A stretch of 51,874 nt of DNA from a phage. Made by a program: the position numbers and the translations under genes. The DNA is taken from sequence record PZ386979.1. The stretch is one strand, 5' to 3'. This document shows positions 28,786 through 36,828 of this stretch, piece after piece (position 1 is the first letter of the stretch; each line of letters starts with the position of its first letter). The notes under the pieces are model-generated. The model had not been told where the DNA came from. It was given only the letters and a program-made list of their open reading frames with translations, and made no database searches.

Positions 28786-29259
28786 TTAGCAATTAGTGCT
28801 TTCAGGTTTATACAGGAATCCGCCAGGTTCATAATCTGACATTCTTACCACTCGCAACATTTCACGCTTATCACATCTCTTTGTGAGCGGTTTGCCATTG
28901 GAATCAAATCGCAGGTCTGGACGACAAAATGATGCGCGATAGCCTTGACATCCATATTTTTTGTAATCGTTATGCACCTTTTGAGCGCCAGATGCTGAAA
29001 TCATACCGCGAACACGCCACTGGTTTACAGTTTGCTGGCTAACGTTTAGACGTTTTGCCATTGCTGATACACTTCCGTAATACTCAATAAGGATGTCAAG
29101 TCGCGCTTTTAGTCCGGCGCGCACTTCATCTTTTAAAACATAGTATCCTGTAGGGCGTTTGCGTTTCTTCTTATCCTTGCCTCGTCTGGTTCCGTTATTG
29201 CCATTAATTGTGCGCTTGTCAATCTTGCCAGTTGATACTGCGATTCGCTGTTCTTTCAT
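28786..29259 (-). CDS. HTH DNA-binding regulator (Cro/YdaS-like)
   Basis: 157 aa; MAKRLNVSQQTVNQWRVRG helix-turn-helix; basic N-terminus; divergent from helicase gene. Confidence 0.55.
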   Translation of the reverse strand: MKEQRIAVSTGKIDKRTINGNNGTRRGKDKKKRKRPTGYYVLKDEVRAGLKARLDILIEYYGSVSAMAKRLNVSQQTVNQWRVRGMISASGAQKVHNDYKKYGCQGYRASFCRPDLRFDSNGKPLTKRCDKREMLRVVRMSDYEPGGFLYKPESTNC

Positions 29260-29272
29260 TATTCATTCTCCA

Positions 29273-29316
29273 ATAGCATTTTTTGTTAAACGATGATTTA
29301 ATGATTGTGTATTATA
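29273..29316 (+). promoter_or_regulatory. conserved element plus -10 (helicase promoter)
   Basis: ATAGCATTTTTTGTTAAAC, 19-nt spacer, ATTATA/TATTAT; sits between divergent HTH-regulator and helicase genes. Confidence 0.5.
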
Positions 29317-29348
29317 CACGCCAAATGGCATTACTCAAAGGTTTTAGA

Positions 29349-31394
29349 ATGATCCAAAACATTGAAAAGCAAATATCAGCACTTGGTGAAGCGGTAATTA
29401 AATCCATTCAGGAGCGATTCACTGTTGGAGAGATTGTGCCTTACCCTTACCAGTGCGTTGCATACGCTGAGATCGCAAAGCGTATGAAAAATTATGAGCA
29501 TCCATTCTTTGTTAAAGCGTCGGTATCGGCTGGCAAAACATTGATGTTTGCAATGGTTGCTCACCAGTGCCGTAAAATGGGCTTGAAAATGATGGTCCTT
29601 GCTCGCCAGGCTGAGATTGTGGATCAGGATTCTGAAGAGATAACAAATCTTGGCGTGCCGAACTCTATCTATTGTGCAGGACTAAAGACAAAAAGCGCAT
29701 ACTTTCCGATCGTTGTTGGTTCTGAGGGAACTGTAGTTAATGGACTGTTTAAAGCGCTTGGCGACTATGTTCCGCACGTTATCGGGATTGACGAGTGTCA
29801 CCAGGTGGATTGGGAAGACCTTGCCGACGCAATAGAGAAAGACGAATCATTTTTACAAATGACGACGAAGAAAGGCGAAAAAGTACCAAATCCAGATTAT
29901 GACATAACAAAGGGAAGCAGGAACAGAAATATAGAGTTCCTGATTGGTGAGGATGGCTTGCCAATGGAGGGAACAGGCCGCACACAATACACTGTCATTA
30001 TCATGGAAATGATGCGACGTTGCAGGAAAGCATATGGCCATGAACTGCGCATATTTGGCATGACTGGATCGGAGTTTCGCGGTGTAGTCCCAATACTGGT
30101 AGAAGATAAAAAGCAGAAAGGATTTTGGCGTGAACAGGTTACTAATATTGACACCAACTACCTGATCAAGTTCGGTTCTGTTGTTCCGACTAATTTTGGC
30201 GACGTTGGCGATCTCGGGTATGACCTTTCAGAGTTTGAGGCATCAAGCGAGGATGGCGTTGCAGACTTTGACGCTAAAACGCTTCGTAGGATGGAACAAA
30301 AAATTCATGAAGAAGCGACCATGACAAAGCGCATCATGGCGAAAGTGCACGAGATCTGTAAAAACCGTAACGGTGTACTTGTGACATGTGCAGGCGAAAG
30401 GCACTGTAAAGAGGCAGCGGCAGCATTGCCACCTGGAACGACTTACAGGATCATTACTGGTAAGACTGGAGATAACCAGCGAAAGGAGTGGTTGAAAGAA
30501 GCATACGAGGGGAAGGTTAAATACATCTTCCAGGTGCAGGCGCTAACTACTGGCGTTAACGTGCCGTTTTGGGATACGTCTGTTATTCTGCGTAAGATTG
30601 GATCTCTTACGTTGCTGATTCAGCTTTTAGGGCGCGGAATGCGACTACTTAAGAAGTGGCATAAGGAGCAAGGATTCCAGAAAGATGATCATCTCGTCAT
30701 GGATTTTTCAGGAACGATGGACGAGCTAGGGGAGCTTTATTTTGATCCGATACTGGAACAGGCGCAGCATCAGAAGCGATTCAGAAATGGTAAAGATCCG
30801 AAGCCTTGTCCTGTTTGCGGAACTCTTAACAGCTATTATGCTCGTCGTTGTATGCACGTAGACGAAAACGGCAACAGATGCGAGTGGTTCTTTAAATTCA
30901 GGACATGTGATGATCAGATTGACCCGCGCACTAAAAAGATTATTCATCGCGGTTGCGGAACGAAGAATGATATTGCGGCCAGGGTATGCAGACATTGCGA
31001 CATGTCATTGATTGACCCCAACGAGAAGTTAAGCGGAAAGCACTACACAAAAAACGACTGGTTCCAAGTGCAATCTTTCGCGGTTAACATGACGAAAAAC
31101 CAGAAAGGGATAATATTTAATTATGAGCTTTCCGATGGCATAGATACTTTCAAGGCGAGAGAGATATTTTTCCCTGAATCTGAAAGCCAAATTTGTCGCG
31201 CAAAATGGCGAAGCGTTGCTCTTAAGCACATACCAGATCGCCGTGTCGCTGGCATGGTCGCGAGCTATCGTAATGCACGAAAAATAATGCAGTATGTGAA
31301 TCACATTATGCCACCATCGCGCGTTACTCACCGCAAGACTAGCAAGGGCGAAGATAATTTGTACAAGAAGGAATTTAATTATGGCAATGACTGA
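29349..31394 (+). CDS. SF2 DEAD/DEAH-box DNA helicase with C-terminal zinc ribbons
   Basis: Walker A SVSAGKTL, motif II GIDECHQV; C-terminal CPVCG...CRHCD; start moved to ATG 29349 because predicted -10 (29311..29316) lies inside the longer ORF. Confidence 0.8.
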   Translation: MIQNIEKQISALGEAVIKSIQERFTVGEIVPYPYQCVAYAEIAKRMKNYEHPFFVKASVSAGKTLMFAMVAHQCRKMGLKMMVLARQAEIVDQDSEEITNLGVPNSIYCAGLKTKSAYFPIVVGSEGTVVNGLFKALGDYVPHVIGIDECHQVDWEDLADAIEKDESFLQMTTKKGEKVPNPDYDITKGSRNRNIEFLIGEDGLPMEGTGRTQYTVIIMEMMRRCRKAYGHELRIFGMTGSEFRGVVPILVEDKKQKGFWREQVTNIDTNYLIKFGSVVPTNFGDVGDLGYDLSEFEASSEDGVADFDAKTLRRMEQKIHEEATMTKRIMAKVHEICKNRNGVLVTCAGERHCKEAAAALPPGTTYRIITGKTGDNQRKEWLKEAYEGKVKYIFQVQALTTGVNVPFWDTSVILRKIGSLTLLIQLLGRGMRLLKKWHKEQGFQKDDHLVMDFSGTMDELGELYFDPILEQAQHQKRFRNGKDPKPCPVCGTLNSYYARRCMHVDENGNRCEWFFKFRTCDDQIDPRTKKIIHRGCGTKNDIAARVCRHCDMSLIDPNEKLSGKHYTKNDWFQVQSFAVNMTKNQKGIIFNYELSDGIDTFKAREIFFPESESQICRAKWRSVALKHIPDRRVAGMVASYRNARKIMQYVNHIMPPSRVTHRKTSKGEDNLYKKEFNYGND

Positions 31395-31800
31395 TAAAGG
31401 CGATTATCTGGAGTTTTACGAAAGAGATCCGACAGATACACTAAAAGAAGAATCGCACCAGATAGGCGCGTTTCAATGGGTAACTTATGCTCATCCTGAA
31501 TTACTGGCATGGCATACGAAAAACGAGGGCGACAAGGGGATCGCCACCGCAATGATGGATCAGCAAGCTGGGCTTGTTAAGGGCGTAAGTGATTTTATCA
31601 TCCTGATTGGATTAAAAGGTCGTTACCCGTTCGCGGCAATTGAGATGAAGCGCGTCAATAAGTCCGGCAAGGGTAAGGCTTCACCAGTCAGCAAGGACCA
31701 AAAAGCCTTCTTGCGTCGTGTGCGTGAGCTTGGCGGATTCGCTGCCGTAACATACGGATATAAGCAATTCATGATCGCGGTAGAATACATGATGAAATAG
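31381..31800 (+). CDS. VRR-NUC family nuclease
   Basis: 139 aa; PD-(D/E)XK-like D...E.K pattern (VSDFIILIG ... AIEMKRV); overlaps helicase 3' end. Confidence 0.65.
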   Translation: MAMTDKGDYLEFYERDPTDTLKEESHQIGAFQWVTYAHPELLAWHTKNEGDKGIATAMMDQQAGLVKGVSDFIILIGLKGRYPFAAIEMKRVNKSGKGKASPVSKDQKAFLRRVRELGGFAAVTYGYKQFMIAVEYMMK

Positions 31801-31840
31801 CACTTTTTGTTAAAACAGGCGCGAAGGATTGCGCCATAAT
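31797..31840 (+). promoter_or_regulatory. conserved element plus -10 (dam promoter)
   Basis: ATAGCACTTTTTGTTAAAAC containing VRR-NUC stop TAG; spacer holds inverted repeat GGCGC...GCGCC; -10 CATAAT. Confidence 0.55.
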
Positions 31841-31874
31841 AACACCAGTTCAACAAGCAACAGGTAATTAAGAA

Positions 31875-32576
31875 ATGAGCAAAGAAACTGAAGTGACATT
31901 TGAACAAATAGAACGCGAAACATTCATTGGCAATGCTCTTGCTACTGGTGGTCATTACCAGGCTGTTAAACCAAATCAATATTTCAAAGTGACTGGCAAC
32001 CGCTATAACGGCAGCAATACGCCGGACATTGTGCGCGATTTGTGGTCTACTCCGTATGAGCTTGTCGCATGGATGGAAAGCGAATACGGTGATTATGACA
32101 TCGACGCGGCGGCGAGCAAAGAAAATGCCGTATGTGAAAAATTCTACAGCAAGGAAACAAATTGCTTAAAGCGTTGGTGGGGTAGTAATAAGCATATCTG
32201 GCTTAATCCACCGTACAGCAATATTACGCCTTTTGTTAAGAAGGCGATTGAGCAAATGGAACACAACAACCAGATCGACATACTGTTACCTTGCGACACA
32301 TCAACAGGATGGTTTTATGAAGCGCAACAGCGCGCAGCGGAAATCATCTGGATCACTGGAGAAGTTTACCAGGAGGACGGAACAGAATATTCCCGCACAG
32401 GACGCCTTGCGTTTACCTCGGCTCTTACAGGTAAACCAGTGCAGGGCAACAACAAAGGAAGCGTTATTTTCATCATGCGCGAACTTAAAGAAGGTGAGCA
32501 GCAGAAAACGCGATACGTTAAAATCAGCGACATTTGCCCTTCGGTGGCAGACCGTCGCGCACGGAAACGGAGCTAA
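31875..32576 (+). CDS. dam: DNA N6-adenine methyltransferase (phage Dam-like)
   Basis: 233 aa; catalytic NPPY motif (HIWLNPPYS). Confidence 0.8.
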   Translation: MSKETEVTFEQIERETFIGNALATGGHYQAVKPNQYFKVTGNRYNGSNTPDIVRDLWSTPYELVAWMESEYGDYDIDAAASKENAVCEKFYSKETNCLKRWWGSNKHIWLNPPYSNITPFVKKAIEQMEHNNQIDILLPCDTSTGWFYEAQQRAAEIIWITGEVYQEDGTEYSRTGRLAFTSALTGKPVQGNNKGSVIFIMRELKEGEQQKTRYVKISDICPSVADRRARKRS

Positions 32577-32580
32577 AACC

Positions 32581-32838
32581 ATGCAGAAAGAAAGAAGAGT
32601 TTTACTTAATGAAGATGGCGAATTTCTTTTGTATCGCGCTATGGTATGCGATGCACTTGATAAAAACCCTAACGTGAAAAAGATGATTGATTGCGATCCG
32701 TGGGAATTTTCAAGCGCATTAGATATGAGCTTTGAGGAGACAAAAAAACTCCCGCTTGAAAAATGGAACGAGCAAATCAGAAATGACATGCAAGAATTTG
32801 TCGATTCGTGGAATTTTCAGCACGGAATGATCCACTAA
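32581..32838 (+). CDS. hypothetical protein
   Basis: 85 aa; start ATG 32581 with GGAGC RBS after dam stop; stop abuts conserved element. Confidence 0.45.
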   Translation: MQKERRVLLNEDGEFLLYRAMVCDALDKNPNVKKMIDCDPWEFSSALDMSFEETKKLPLEKWNEQIRNDMQEFVDSWNFQHGMIH

Positions 32839-32881
32839 TAGCACTTTTTGTTAAAACGCCCGACCTTGTGTCGGGCATAAT
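32838..32881 (+). promoter_or_regulatory. conserved element plus -10
   Basis: Element abuts TAA stop; spacer inverted repeat GCCCGAC...GTCGGGC; -10 CATAAT. Confidence 0.55.
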
Positions 32882-32913
32882 TATTTCATCAAAACGAACA
32901 AGAGGAAAATAAA

Positions 32914-33093
32914 ATGGTTGTTTACGATCCACGCGCTTTTAAAATTGCTCAAGAAGTTTCACGCGAATCTGTTGCTGGCGGTTCGGTTAACGGCTATCAG
33001 TTTGATTGGTCGGCAGCAATGACCCTGCTTAAGGTTGCATATGGTCACGCGCCAATTGAAACAGCGGAGGAATATTATAAGCATGAAGGTTGA
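32914..33093 (+). CDS. hypothetical small protein
   Basis: 59 aa, not in ORF track (below 60 aa); RBS AGAGGAAAAT; downstream of conserved element and -10. Confidence 0.4.
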   Translation: MVVYDPRAFKIAQEVSRESVAGGSVNGYQFDWSAAMTLLKVAYGHAPIETAEEYYKHEG

Positions 33094-33325
33094 ACAAGGT
33101 AGGCAGGCCGTATGGGATCACGCAAAGGAATGCGGTATCGCAGAAGACATAGCCAGGATAGCGAAATATTTTGATATTGCTGACATAAGCATTATCAGCG
33201 GCGACAAAATGACATTTCTCAATGAACGACCGCGCAAGATGCATCGCGTACCAGCAATACCAACAAAGATTGATTTCAAAGAGGCTATGGCGAAAATTCG
33301 CGAGCCGCGCAAATACTACAAATGA
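33083..33325 (+). CDS. hypothetical protein
   Basis: 80 aa; start ATG 33083 behind GGAGGAA RBS, overlaps upstream ORF end. Confidence 0.45.
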   Translation: MKVEQGRQAVWDHAKECGIAEDIARIAKYFDIADISIISGDKMTFLNERPRKMHRVPAIPTKIDFKEAMAKIREPRKYYK

Positions 33326-33336
33326 GGATTATTATC

Positions 33337-33411
33337 ATGTGGCGTTTGTTACTTTTGCCCTTACCTGTTATGATGGCGATCTCTATTGTATATGTTGTCA
33401 TAATGAGATAA
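33337..33411 (+). CDS. hydrophobic micro-ORF (possible leader peptide)
   Basis: 24 codons MWRLLLLPLPVMMAISIVYVVIMR; GAGGA RBS; its stop overlaps the AAGGAG RBS of the next gene. Confidence 0.25.
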   Translation: MWRLLLLPLPVMMAISIVYVVIMR

Positions 33412-33423
33412 GGAGAATTTTTG

Positions 33424-34554
33424 ATGAAGCAAATCAAAATCACAGATGAACAATTTATCAATGAGCGCAAGCAGGGAAAGACATATAAGCAGATCGCTAG
33501 TGAGTATGGCATGAACGTTCGCAGCATTGAGCGACGCGCGGCACGATTAGCAAAGCAAGGTAAAGTTACAACCATCGGATCACCTGGTTTTGGTGTTACT
33601 GGAGAATCAAAGCTAATTGATAAAGATGGCAATGTGGTTATGACATGGATTAAGACAAGCAAAGACCGCGAACAGTTAGAAGCATTAATGCAGGCCGCTA
33701 TGGATGCATTTAGCGAAGAAGTTCCTCGACTTGATCCACAGCCAGAATCACAAAAGGATTATAGCGAGACGCTATCACTGTATCCGATCTTTGACATGCA
33801 CTTGGGCGCAATGGCGCATAAGCATGAATGCGGCGAGAATTGGGATACAGCAACAGCAGAGCGCGTAATGAATAATTTCATTGATTATTCCATCCAGTGC
33901 GCACCTGATAGTGAGAATGCTGTTTTGCTGATTGGCGGTGATATGCTTCACAGTGACGGACTGGAAGCGGTAACACCTGCAAGCGGTCACGTATTGGATC
34001 AAGATAGTCGATACGCAAAACTTGTTTATGTTGCCATCCGGTCAGTGCGTCGAGCAATTACAAAGCTGTTATCAAAACACAAAAACGTCGAGATTCAGAT
34101 CATTGAAGGCAACCACGACCAAAGCGGCATGATCTGGTTGCGCGCAGCAATGGCGGCAGCATATGAGAATGAGCCACGAGTGCATGTTGATGTGTCTCCG
34201 CGAGTAGTTCATCACACACAATATGGCAAAACGTTCCTGGCATACCATCACGGGCATACTATCCGCAAACCTGAAACATTGCTAATGATGTGCGCGGCAG
34301 ACTGGCGCGAAGACTTCGGAAATTCAAAAATGATGTATGCTCACGTAGGGCACTGGCATCATCAAACAGTAACTGAAACAAGCCTGGGCATTGTTGAAGT
34401 GCATAGCACTATGGCGGCAAAAGATGCATATGCTGCGCGCGGTGGATGGCGTTCTCGTCGCCGTGCGGCTGTTATTGTTTATGATAAAGAATACGGAGAA
34501 GTAGGGCGATTTATGCATTATCCAGAAATGGCCGATCGAACTTTTAATTATTAA
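33424..34554 (+). CDS. metallophosphoesterase (calcineurin-like) with N-terminal HTH domain
   Basis: Phosphoesterase motifs DMH, GGDMLH, GNHD, HHGH, GHWH; N-terminal GKTYKQIASEYGMNVRSIERR helix-turn-helix; AAGGAG RBS; terminator follows. Confidence 0.65.
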   Translation: MKQIKITDEQFINERKQGKTYKQIASEYGMNVRSIERRAARLAKQGKVTTIGSPGFGVTGESKLIDKDGNVVMTWIKTSKDREQLEALMQAAMDAFSEEVPRLDPQPESQKDYSETLSLYPIFDMHLGAMAHKHECGENWDTATAERVMNNFIDYSIQCAPDSENAVLLIGGDMLHSDGLEAVTPASGHVLDQDSRYAKLVYVAIRSVRRAITKLLSKHKNVEIQIIEGNHDQSGMIWLRAAMAAAYENEPRVHVDVSPRVVHHTQYGKTFLAYHHGHTIRKPETLLMMCAADWREDFGNSKMMYAHVGHWHHQTVTETSLGIVEVHSTMAAKDAYAARGGWRSRRRAAVIVYDKEYGEVGRFMHYPEMADRTFNY

Positions 34555-34582
34555 AATATCAATATAAATCATCAATTTAATT

Positions 34583-34613
34583 GGGCGTGGCATTTTGCTT
34601 CGCCCTTTTTTTA
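34583..34613 (+). terminator. terminator upstream of lysis cassette
   Basis: GGGCG-(13-nt loop)-CGCCC followed by TTTTTTTT. Confidence 0.55.
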
Positions 34614-34685
34614 TTCCTTTTTGTGCGTTCAATGGTTAGGATACAATCAATTAATTGTTGACTTTTATCTACAGGAGATCTAATC

Positions 34686-34901
34686 ATGAAAGATTTTTTA
34701 AACGCTGCAACTTCCGGCACTTGCGGCGCGTCAATCACTGGCGCGGTAACTGGTCAAACAACTATTGCAATAGCCAGCTTCGTTTTGATGGCTGCATTTG
34801 GTATGTGGGGAGCTTATCTTCGCTGGCGTGATAGTAAGGCGCTACGTGACGCGCTTGAATGCGGTGATATTAAGAAAGCTATTGAGACCAGAGGTAAATA
34901 A
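34686..34901 (+). CDS. holin (small, single TMD; pinholin-like)
   Basis: 71 aa; one hydrophobic helix ([21 protein letters not shown]) then charged C-terminus; AGGAG RBS; directly upstream of endolysin (TAATG overlap). Confidence 0.6.
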   Translation: MKDFLNAATSGTCGASITGAVTGQTTIAIASFVLMAAFGMWGAYLRWRDSKALRDALECGDIKKAIETRGK

Positions 34902-35389
34902 TGAGTATAAAACAAAGAGTGACCGCTGCGGCTTTTGGCGTTGCTCTTGCCCTTACTTCTCCGCTACTGGAGGAAATAGAAGGAGTAAAACATAAGCCGT
35001 ACAAAGATATTGCTGGGATATGGACGGTTTGCGCCGGAATAACTGGACCTGACGTAATACCAGGTAAAACGTACACACAGAGAGAGTGCGATGCGCTACT
35101 GGCAAAGCATATCAAGATCGCAAAGGATGAAGTTGATAAACGTGTGAAGGTTGAGATTCCTGATACAATGCGCGCGGCAATGTATTCATTCACATACAAT
35201 GCTGGCACTGGTGCTTTCAGAAATTCAACCATGCTTAAGCTGATTAATAAAGGACGTTACATGGAAGCGTGCGATCAGTTATGGCGATGGACAAAATACA
35301 CCAATCCAAAAACAGGAAAGAAAGAAACGTCTAAAGGACTGCGCAACCGCCGCGCTGTGGAATTTAAATATTGCATTAAGGATCTGTAA
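34901..35389 (+). CDS. endolysin (GH24 lysozyme-like, possible SAR type)
   Basis: 162 aa; weakly hydrophobic Gly/Ala-rich N-terminus ([17 protein letters not shown]) then [13 protein letters not shown]...[10 protein letters not shown] lysozyme-like catalytic region. Confidence 0.75.
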   Translation: MSIKQRVTAAAFGVALALTSPLLEEIEGVKHKPYKDIAGIWTVCAGITGPDVIPGKTYTQRECDALLAKHIKIAKDEVDKRVKVEIPDTMRAAMYSFTYNAGTGAFRNSTMLKLINKGRYMEACDQLWRWTKYTNPKTGKKETSKGLRNRRAVEFKYCIKDL

Positions 35390-35391
35390 TT

Positions 35392-35790
35392 ATGAGAAAG
35401 CTATCAGCAATCGCGATCGCTGTTATTTTGTCTGGATGTTCAAGCGTTATGCCACTGACCGGATTAATCGGCAGTAAGCCGGAAATCACAGCACAGGCAG
35501 GAGCAGAGAACGTAAAACAGACCGTCGGCCTTACAGCAAAGCAGGACGCCAGCAGTAAGCAGGATACAACCATTAAAGAGTCGAAAGTTGACACGGTTGA
35601 TACTTCCAACAAAAAAGAGATCAAAACGTCAACCATTCAGGCTAACACCATCAAGGCCGATAAAATCCAGGTCGTGCAGGGGGAGCAAAGGAAGTGGTAC
35701 GATCCTATAATCTATTGCGCTGCAATTTTCAGTGGTCTTTTGACTATGCTTTACTTTTCCTACCGCAAAGATAACAAAAAGGAGGCTTAA
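35392..35790 (+). CDS. unimolecular spanin (T1 gp11-like)
   Basis: 132 aa; N-terminal lipobox LSGC and C-terminal TMD (IIYCAAIFSGLLTMLYF); last gene of lysis cassette. Confidence 0.7.
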   Translation: MRKLSAIAIAVILSGCSSVMPLTGLIGSKPEITAQAGAENVKQTVGLTAKQDASSKQDTTIKESKVDTVDTSNKKEIKTSTIQANTIKADKIQVVQGEQRKWYDPIIYCAAIFSGLLTMLYFSYRKDNKKEA

Positions 35791-35801
35791 CGCCTCCTTT
35801 G

Positions 35802-35993
35802 TTATTCGATACGCTTTACAGTAACCAACAAAACGCCGTCCTCATCACACAAATTATGCTCTGATATGTTAAACGCTCGCATGTCAGAATGAATGAGCGT
35901 TAACATTGCGTGCATGAAGTCGCCATGTGAGATTTGAGAAGTAGCGCAAAACTTAAGAATTTCATCTATCAGTTTACTTTCCATGATTTTCAT
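35802..35993 (-). CDS. hypothetical protein
   Basis: Track ORF 35802..36044 overlaps HNH 3' end; shortened to internal Met; start uncertain. Confidence 0.3.
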   Translation of the reverse strand: MKIMESKLIDEILKFCATSQISHGDFMHAMLTLIHSDMRAFNISEHNLCDEDGVLLVTVKRIE

Positions 35994-36447
35994 GATAACC
36001 AAGTTTAGCCTCTGCTTGTTCTCTTGCCATAATTGCATCATCAATGCTTGAAAATAATCCTAAATGAATACTCTTACCTTTATCATATATGGTTGCATGC
36101 CATTTTTTTTCTTTCTTCCTCCAGCACACTCCAACCCTACCAGATTTATTTCTTTTTAGTAGAGATACGTTTTTGCTGTTCTCTAATCTTGATGCAAGCC
36201 TTAAATTTTCAATCCTGTTATCCAACCTATTGTGCCATATATGATCTATCTCCATTCCTTCTGGTATTTTTCCATTGTGCATTTCCCATATTATCCTATG
36301 CGCCAAAAGCAATACACCATTATACCTTATTCTTACATAGCCATTTTTATCTACACATCCAGCAACGCTTCCTGGCTTTGCTTTTCCCCTTCTGTTTCTC
36401 CATCTCAATATTCCATTGTCATATATAAATATTTTATTCCAATCCAT
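35974..36447 (-). CDS. HNH homing endonuclease (second copy)
   Basis: 157 aa; paralog of 1570..2076 (LAHRIIWEMHNGKIPEGMEIDHI ... LGYHENHGK); gene body visibly more AT-rich than flanks; overlaps both neighbours. Confidence 0.8.
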   Translation of the reverse strand: MDWNKIFIYDNGILRWRNRRGKAKPGSVAGCVDKNGYVRIRYNGVLLLAHRIIWEMHNGKIPEGMEIDHIWHNRLDNRIENLRLASRLENSKNVSLLKRNKSGRVGVCWRKKEKKWHATIYDKGKSIHLGLFSSIDDAIMAREQAEAKLGYHENHGK

Positions 36448-36826
36448 ATCTTTTCCTTAGAGCTTCTATTTGTTGTCTATTAGCATTTGACGTAAACAAT
36501 TCTTCATCGCTCATTTCTCCGATCCTTAAAACATCCCTTACCCATTCGTTTTGCATACCTTCCAGGCTGTAAAGTTCAAACGAGAAGGGGCGATTTGCTG
36601 ATCCTTTCTTACACCAGAACTTTCCACCAACTCCATCAAGATAACCAGCGGTCATCATTCTTGAGCAAAATTCTTTTGAAACGGCAGTTGCAAACATCCT
36701 CGGCGTAAATCCTGCGGCCCTTGCGAGCCGCTCACATTCTCTATGCTGAAATATAAATTTCGCTATATGTTGACGTGTAAACCATTCGAATGACTCACAC
36801 CAGCGATACAGATCCAGAAGAAACAT
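36434..36826 (-). CDS. hypothetical protein
   Basis: 130 aa; start 4 nt after upstream stop (coupled); no recognised motif. Confidence 0.45.
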   Translation of the reverse strand: MFLLDLYRWCESFEWFTRQHIAKFIFQHRECERLARAAGFTPRMFATAVSKEFCSRMMTAGYLDGVGGKFWCKKGSANRPFSFELYSLEGMQNEWVRDVLRIGEMSDEELFTSNANRQQIEALRKRYGLE

Positions 36827-36828
36827 AA

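Noticed and set aside
29283-29348. Longer helicase ORF starting at TTG 29283
   Set aside because: The predicted -10 (29311..29316) lies inside this extension, so the transcript probably starts downstream; ATG 29349 is used instead.
36033-36483. Plus-strand ORFs 36033..36428 and 36232..36483
   Set aside because: Antisense to the AT-rich HNH gene; low-complexity translations (F/I/Y/L-rich) typical of AT-rich antisense frames.
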